DNA of 20,000 nucleotides from an uncultured virus (IMG/VR IMGVR_UViG_3300012956_000002). Its lineage: Duplodnaviria; Heunggongvirae; Uroviricota; Caudoviricetes. The DNA lies in IMG/VR virus record IMGVR_UViG_3300012956_000002, positions 55,930 to 75,929 of that record; one strand, 5' to 3'. The notes under the pieces were generated by a model, which saw nothing but the letters and a program-made list of their open reading frames with translations, did no database searches and was not told where the DNA came from. Below, piece by piece: positions 16,299 to 20,000 of the stretch; position 1 is the first letter of the stretch, and each line of letters begins with the position of its first letter. A program made the translations under genes and the position numbers.

Positions 16299-16346
16299 AT
16301 ATAGACACTAGGCAAAATTGCCAGCAAAAACAAAGGATTATGAATC

Positions 16347-17033
16347 ATGACTACAGTAGATAGCATTCCTGTTACAAGCAATATGAAGACTGGTATCAGT
16401 GCCAAGGGCATAGCAGCACAAGCCAAGGCACAACTGGCAGCACAGAAGGCACAATTAGAAGCACAGAAGGCAGAACTCAAACAGACTGAGTCAGCACTGA
16501 AGGCAGAACTCAAACAGAAGAAAGAATCACTGAAGGCTGAGTCAGATGCTGCCAAGGCTGAAGCCCTTGGCAAGAAAGTACAAATTGACTCTTACCTTTG
16601 GCTTGCTAATTGGGCAAAGGGCAGCATAAGGGCAGACAAGGCAGAGAAGGCAGCACTGAAGGCAATTGAGAAGGCAGAAAAGACACTAGAAAAGATAGCA
16701 GCACCTAAAACCCCTGAATATCAGAATGGTAATGAGATTATCAAAACTGACTTGCCACAGACTCATGCTGATGTCTTGAATCTCATTGCTGAAGGCTTGT
16801 CAGCCAGTGTCAGCACTAAGGGTAAGTCAAAGGGTGATGTCATTATTGCCAGTGCAAGAATTGACCTTGCTAACCTGAAGAAAAAACATGCTGAAGCCCT
16901 TCAGTCATTAATCACAAAGGATTATGTCAGCATGACTCAACCTGATTACTACATGCTGACTGACAAAGGGCTGGCAGTGTTTGGGCTGACACTACAACAG
17001 GTCAAAGATAATTACCTTGCATCGCTCGAATAA
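16347..17033 (+). CDS. Lys/Ala-rich coiled-coil protein with a possible C-terminal wHTH
   Basis: 228 aa; AAAGGA RBS; AQKAQL/AELKQ heptads; LQSLITKDYV...YMLTDKG. No CG dinucleotide until the last four codons. Confidence 0.8.
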   Translation: MTTVDSIPVTSNMKTGISAKGIAAQAKAQLAAQKAQLEAQKAELKQTESALKAELKQKKESLKAESDAAKAEALGKKVQIDSYLWLANWAKGSIRADKAEKAALKAIEKAEKTLEKIAAPKTPEYQNGNEIIKTDLPQTHADVLNLIAEGLSASVSTKGKSKGDVIIASARIDLANLKKKHAEALQSLITKDYVSMTQPDYYMLTDKGLAVFGLTLQQVKDNYLASLE

Positions 17034-17048
17034 AGCATAAGACAGCAT

Positions 17049-17149
17049 TAGAAGGGCAGCATAAGCCCTTCTGTGCTGCCTTCAGGGCTGATGTCATCCA
17101 TCAGCCCTGAAGGCAGTATAAGACACTCGAAACAAAGCATAAGAGGATA
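17049..17149 (+). repeat. ~100-bp structured intergenic leader repeat (copy 1)
   Basis: Near-identical to 17370-17469. Contains an 18-bp stem CTGCCTTCAGGGCTGATG/CATCAGCCCTGAAGGCAG and ends in CTCGAAACAAAGCATAAGAGGATA. Confidence 0.85.
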
Positions 17150-17157
17150 GAAAAAAC

Positions 17158-17337
17158 ATGAGACAAGATTCTGTTTGTTGTGTCATAGGTGAGATTTTAT
17201 TCATTATGAAAACTGGAATGTGCCAAGGTTACACACTCACATTCCATTCTGCCAAGGCAGCACTAGCCTATGCCAGACTCTGTAGAATGGATTTAATGAA
17301 GGCTGAAGCCTTTATTGCCTTCTGTGAGGGATCATAG
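17158..17337 (+). CDS. Small Cys-rich hypothetical protein (59 aa, not in the ORF track)
   Basis: MRQDSVCCVIGEILFIMKTGMCQGYTLTFHSAKAALAYARLCRMDLMKAEAFIAFCEGS*. The GAGGA RBS comes from the repeat, and the ORF fills the gap between the two repeat copies. Confidence 0.6.
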   Translation: MRQDSVCCVIGEILFIMKTGMCQGYTLTFHSAKAALAYARLCRMDLMKAEAFIAFCEGS

Positions 17338-17369
17338 GGCAGTGCTGACACTGGCAGCACTGGTAAGCA

Positions 17370-17469
17370 TAGAAGGGCAGTATAAGCCCTTCTGTGCTGC
17401 CTTCAGGGCTGATGTCATCCATCAGCCTAGAAGGCAGTACAGACACTCGAAACAAAGCATAAGAGGATA
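17370..17469 (+). repeat. ~100-bp structured intergenic leader repeat (copy 2)
   Basis: Matches copy 1; its GAGGA serves ATG 17475. Confidence 0.85.
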
Positions 17470-17474
17470 ACAGC

Positions 17475-17783
17475 ATGTTAGAAGTGCATAGGGCAGTGTC
17501 AGCACTGGCAGCAAACAAAGGCTTGCTAGTGCTGACTCATGCCAGTGTCAGAAGTGAATTAGAGCATAGAGTCACCTTACAGCCCATGCCTGGATTGCAA
17601 GGCGGCCTACGAGCGGCAGTGCATGAGGTCTGGCTGGGCATCCTCGATGATGCGGCCAGCCGCGATGGCCTGAGAAGGCAGTACACGAACTATCGCAAGG
17701 ATGGCACGCTCGAAGTGACCTACAGCGCGATCAGCGATGAGAATACCGAAAAACCGACAAACCAGTCGGTTTTTCGTTTCTAA
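17475..17783 (+). CDS. Hypothetical protein spanning the edge of the CG-free island
   Basis: 102 aa; GAGGA RBS. Confidence 0.65.
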   Translation: MLEVHRAVSALAANKGLLVLTHASVRSELEHRVTLQPMPGLQGGLRAAVHEVWLGILDDAASRDGLRRQYTNYRKDGTLEVTYSAISDENTEKPTNQSVFRF

Positions 17784-17811
17784 GCCCAATTAATAGTGAA
17801 AGGCAAGTGTC

Positions 17812-18114
17812 ATGGAAACGAGAGAGGCGTTTGTTCATATGGTGCGGACATCCCTGAAGGATGTCAGCGAGCTCGCCACGTTGGAGCATGAACTCGTGGC
17901 CTATCAGGCGGCCAACGACCGCTTTGTCGATCTGCGGCTGACTTTCGAGCCAGCGTTCGCGCAGCAGGATCGGGCGACCAAGGCCAAGGTCTTGACCACC
18001 GTACAGCAGGCCTTTAGCGAGGCCTGTGCCGTGTGCGGGATGCACCAGACTGCGGACGTTCGCAAGAGCATCTGTGAGATGCGGTTCATGTTCGCCATTA
18101 TCCCGTGGAAGTAA
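17812..18114 (+). CDS. Hypothetical protein
   Basis: 100 aa; GAAAGG RBS. Confidence 0.7.
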   Translation: METREAFVHMVRTSLKDVSELATLEHELVAYQAANDRFVDLRLTFEPAFAQQDRATKAKVLTTVQQAFSEACAVCGMHQTADVRKSICEMRFMFAIIPWK

Positions 18115-18115
18115 T

Positions 18116-18133
18116 TTTGACCCATGGGTCAAA
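18116..18133. promoter_or_regulatory. 18-bp perfect palindrome, candidate parS-like site (copy 2)
   Basis: TTTGACCCATGGGTCAAA, 45 bp upstream of the ParB-family gene. Confidence 0.55.
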
Positions 18134-18178
18134 CATGGAGGGAGCCGCGCATTCCACTGACCACGCGGCAGTAAGGAC

Positions 18179-19006
18179 GTGCAGATGATCGAGACAACGC
18201 AGGACATCCGGCTGGACATGATTCAGCCTGGAAGCAATGACCGCAAGCTGTTTAAGGCGGATGAACTCCGGCAGCTTGCGGACAATATCAAGACGAATGG
18301 ACTGGCGCAGCCTATCACCGTTCGACCGGTGGGCAAAAACCAGTACCAGATCGTCGCCGGTGAGCGGCGGTTCCGTGCCTTCGGACTGCTGCGGGAGGAG
18401 GACGCCGAGCGCTGGGGTGCGATTACTGCCCTCGTGCGTGAGATGTCGGATGAGAAGGCGGACGCCATCATGCTGGCCGAGAACATCCAGCGCAAAGACT
18501 TGGATGTGATTGAGGAAGCCGAGGCGTACCAGAAGCGGATGGATAAGTACGGATGGACGCTGAAGAAGTGCGCCGAGGAATGCAATGTCAGTGAAGGCAG
18601 GGTAGGCGACCGCGTGAAGCTGTTGAAGCTGCTGCCGGAAGTGCAAACCCTTGTCCGGCACGGGCATATGCCCATCGGGCACGCGCTGGCAATGACCGAC
18701 CTGAACAAAAACAACCAGCTCATCGCGTTGAAGGCGTTGGACGGAAAGAACCTGACCAAGACGCAGTACATCGCGGTGTGTGCCGACCTGTACGCCAAAC
18801 AGTGCCAATTGTCGATGTTCGATGATGACCAACTGTTTAACGAGGCGGTGGTGCTGGCACAGAGTTTTATTGAGCCGGTCAACACGACTATTGTATTTGA
18901 GATTCCGAACAACCGTGCTACTATCCATGTAGTGATCGAATACCCCAAGGGCTTAGGTGTCGAGATCGATACCGCAGCCATCGCCAAACTCATAACTTTT
19001 AAATGA
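18179..19006 (+). CDS. parB: ParB/RepB/Spo0J-family protein
   Basis: LADNIKTNGLAQPITVR, IVAGERRFRA (CTPase box), ENIQRKDL..IEEA, then an HTH (TLKKCAEECNVSEGRV). Confidence 0.9.
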   Translation: MQMIETTQDIRLDMIQPGSNDRKLFKADELRQLADNIKTNGLAQPITVRPVGKNQYQIVAGERRFRAFGLLREEDAERWGAITALVREMSDEKADAIMLAENIQRKDLDVIEEAEAYQKRMDKYGWTLKKCAEECNVSEGRVGDRVKLLKLLPEVQTLVRHGHMPIGHALAMTDLNKNNQLIALKALDGKNLTKTQYIAVCADLYAKQCQLSMFDDDQLFNEAVVLAQSFIEPVNTTIVFEIPNNRATIHVVIEYPKGLGVEIDTAAIAKLITFK

Positions 19007-19770
19007 AACGAGGTGTCATGGGCACATTAGCCGACAATTTCTATGCCAATGGGATGCCCCTCAGTGGGCCGGACGTGATTAAACGTATCCAGCAGGAAAC
19101 GGATGAAATCGCGGTCGCCTTCTCGTATGGGAAGGACTCACTGGCAACCTACCTCTCCGTGAAAGACGAGTTTAAGCGGGTCGTGCCGTTCTTCAGAGAG
19201 TTCGTTCCGGGGATGCAGTTCATCGAGCGCAGGCTCGCCTATTATGAGGACATCCTCGGTACGCACATCGTCCGCGTCAACCACGTCAATTTCTTCCGCA
19301 TGATCCGCCATGCGCTGTGGCAGCCGCCGCACCGCATCCCCATGATCGATGCCATGAACATACCGGATGTCGATTACAAGCAAATCAACCAACTGGTATT
19401 TGCCGATCAGGGATTGCCGCCAGATGTGTTCACGGCAGCAGGGGTCAGGGCAGCAGACAGCCCCCAGCGTCGGGCAACGGCCAAATCCAGAGGTGCAATC
19501 AACTGGAATGAGCGCGTGTTCTGGCCGGTCTGGGATTTATCCCATGCCGAGGTGGGCGACATGCTGCGGAAGCACAACATCAAGCTCTCACCAGAGTACG
19601 AATGGTGGGGCACATCGTTTGACGGGCTTCGGAGGTTCTTCTTAAAAGACATCCGTGAGCATTGGCCGGAGGATTATGATCTGATCCTCCAATATTATCC
19701 GTTCGCGGATATGGAATTTCGCCGCTATGAACTGAAGGATGAACCCTATCCAGAAAGCGAGGTCAAGTGA
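19003..19770 (+). CDS. Phage-type PAPS-reductase-like / adenine nucleotide alpha-hydrolase protein
   Basis: PP-loop AFSYGKDS, GVRAADSPQRR, FWPVWD and SFDG; no Cys residues. Start is 19003 (ATGA coupling) or 19018 (GAGGTG RBS). Confidence 0.8.
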   Translation: MKRGVMGTLADNFYANGMPLSGPDVIKRIQQETDEIAVAFSYGKDSLATYLSVKDEFKRVVPFFREFVPGMQFIERRLAYYEDILGTHIVRVNHVNFFRMIRHALWQPPHRIPMIDAMNIPDVDYKQINQLVFADQGLPPDVFTAAGVRAADSPQRRATAKSRGAINWNERVFWPVWDLSHAEVGDMLRKHNIKLSPEYEWWGTSFDGLRRFFLKDIREHWPEDYDLILQYYPFADMEFRRYELKDEPYPESEVK

Positions 19771-20000
19771 AAGAGAAACAAACCGGTATTAAGGAAAAGG
19801 CCAGTCTGCTCGGCACCAAGGTGGCCGGTGTGGTCGGCATCAAGGGCAAGGACACGATCGGCATGAAGACGAAGGGTGGATCGGTCAAGGCCGCTGCCGA
19901 TGACATGATCGACAACCCCTTGAAAAAGGTGGTGCTGACATCAAGCCTTGAGGATGATTGCAAGACTGAGGCGGATGTCATCCGTGAAGCCCTGCTTGCC
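19767..20000 (+). CDS. Hypothetical protein, 3'-truncated, coupled to the PAPS-reductase-like gene
   Basis: GTGA overlap at 19767. The frame MKEKQTGIKEK...DNPLKKVVLTSSLEDDCKTEADVIREALLA stays open to the window end. Confidence 0.7.
   Translation, partial: MKEKQTGIKEKASLLGTKVAGVVGIKGKDTIGMKTKGGSVKAAADDMIDNPLKKVVLTSSLEDDCKTEADVIREALLA

Noticed and set aside
17076..17149. Hammerhead ribozyme (CTGATG...CGAAAC)
   Set aside because: The core reads CTGATGT, not CTGANGA. It is buried in an 18-bp stem, and I could not build stems I-III around a cleavage triplet.
15407..17602. Eukaryotic (CpG-depleted) contaminant or IS element
   Set aside because: The island has sigma70 promoters, Shine-Dalgarno sites, ORFs continuous with the flanks and an operator shared with 7858-7873. 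No transposase or target-site duplication was seen.

Overview
This window looks like part of a large phage or phage-plasmid genome. The host is unknown; Chloroflexota is a weak guess from protein and boxA style. There are no structural or housekeeping genes. Transcription diverges from a ~2.2 kb repeat-rich control island (15407-17602) that is almost free of CG dinucleotides, although the flanks are CG-rich. The island holds two inverted copies of a near-consensus sigma70 promoter, each carrying two TGACTGTACAGTCA-type palindromes. The leftward arm encodes a MoxR/CobS-like AAA+ ATPase with a vWA-like partner, an LPD29-like/amino-methyltransferase fusion, a DarA_C-like protein, a small RHH-like regulator whose promoter has the same palindrome, a PAPS-reductase-family protein, a minimal PolX and many small ORFs. 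It is punctuated by terminators and boxA-like motifs. The rightward arm encodes a Lys/Ala-rich coiled-coil protein, small ORFs behind a repeated leader, ParB (preceded by an 18-bp palindrome that recurs at 3724) and a second PAPS-reductase-like protein. At 3028-3714 is a non-coding operon: promoter, a tRNA-like RNA with no normal anticodon loop, ~345 nt of dense hairpins, an atypical initiator tRNA and a terminator. A TGT/DpdA-like gene lies nearby. Family calls come from motif recognition by eye, not database searches.
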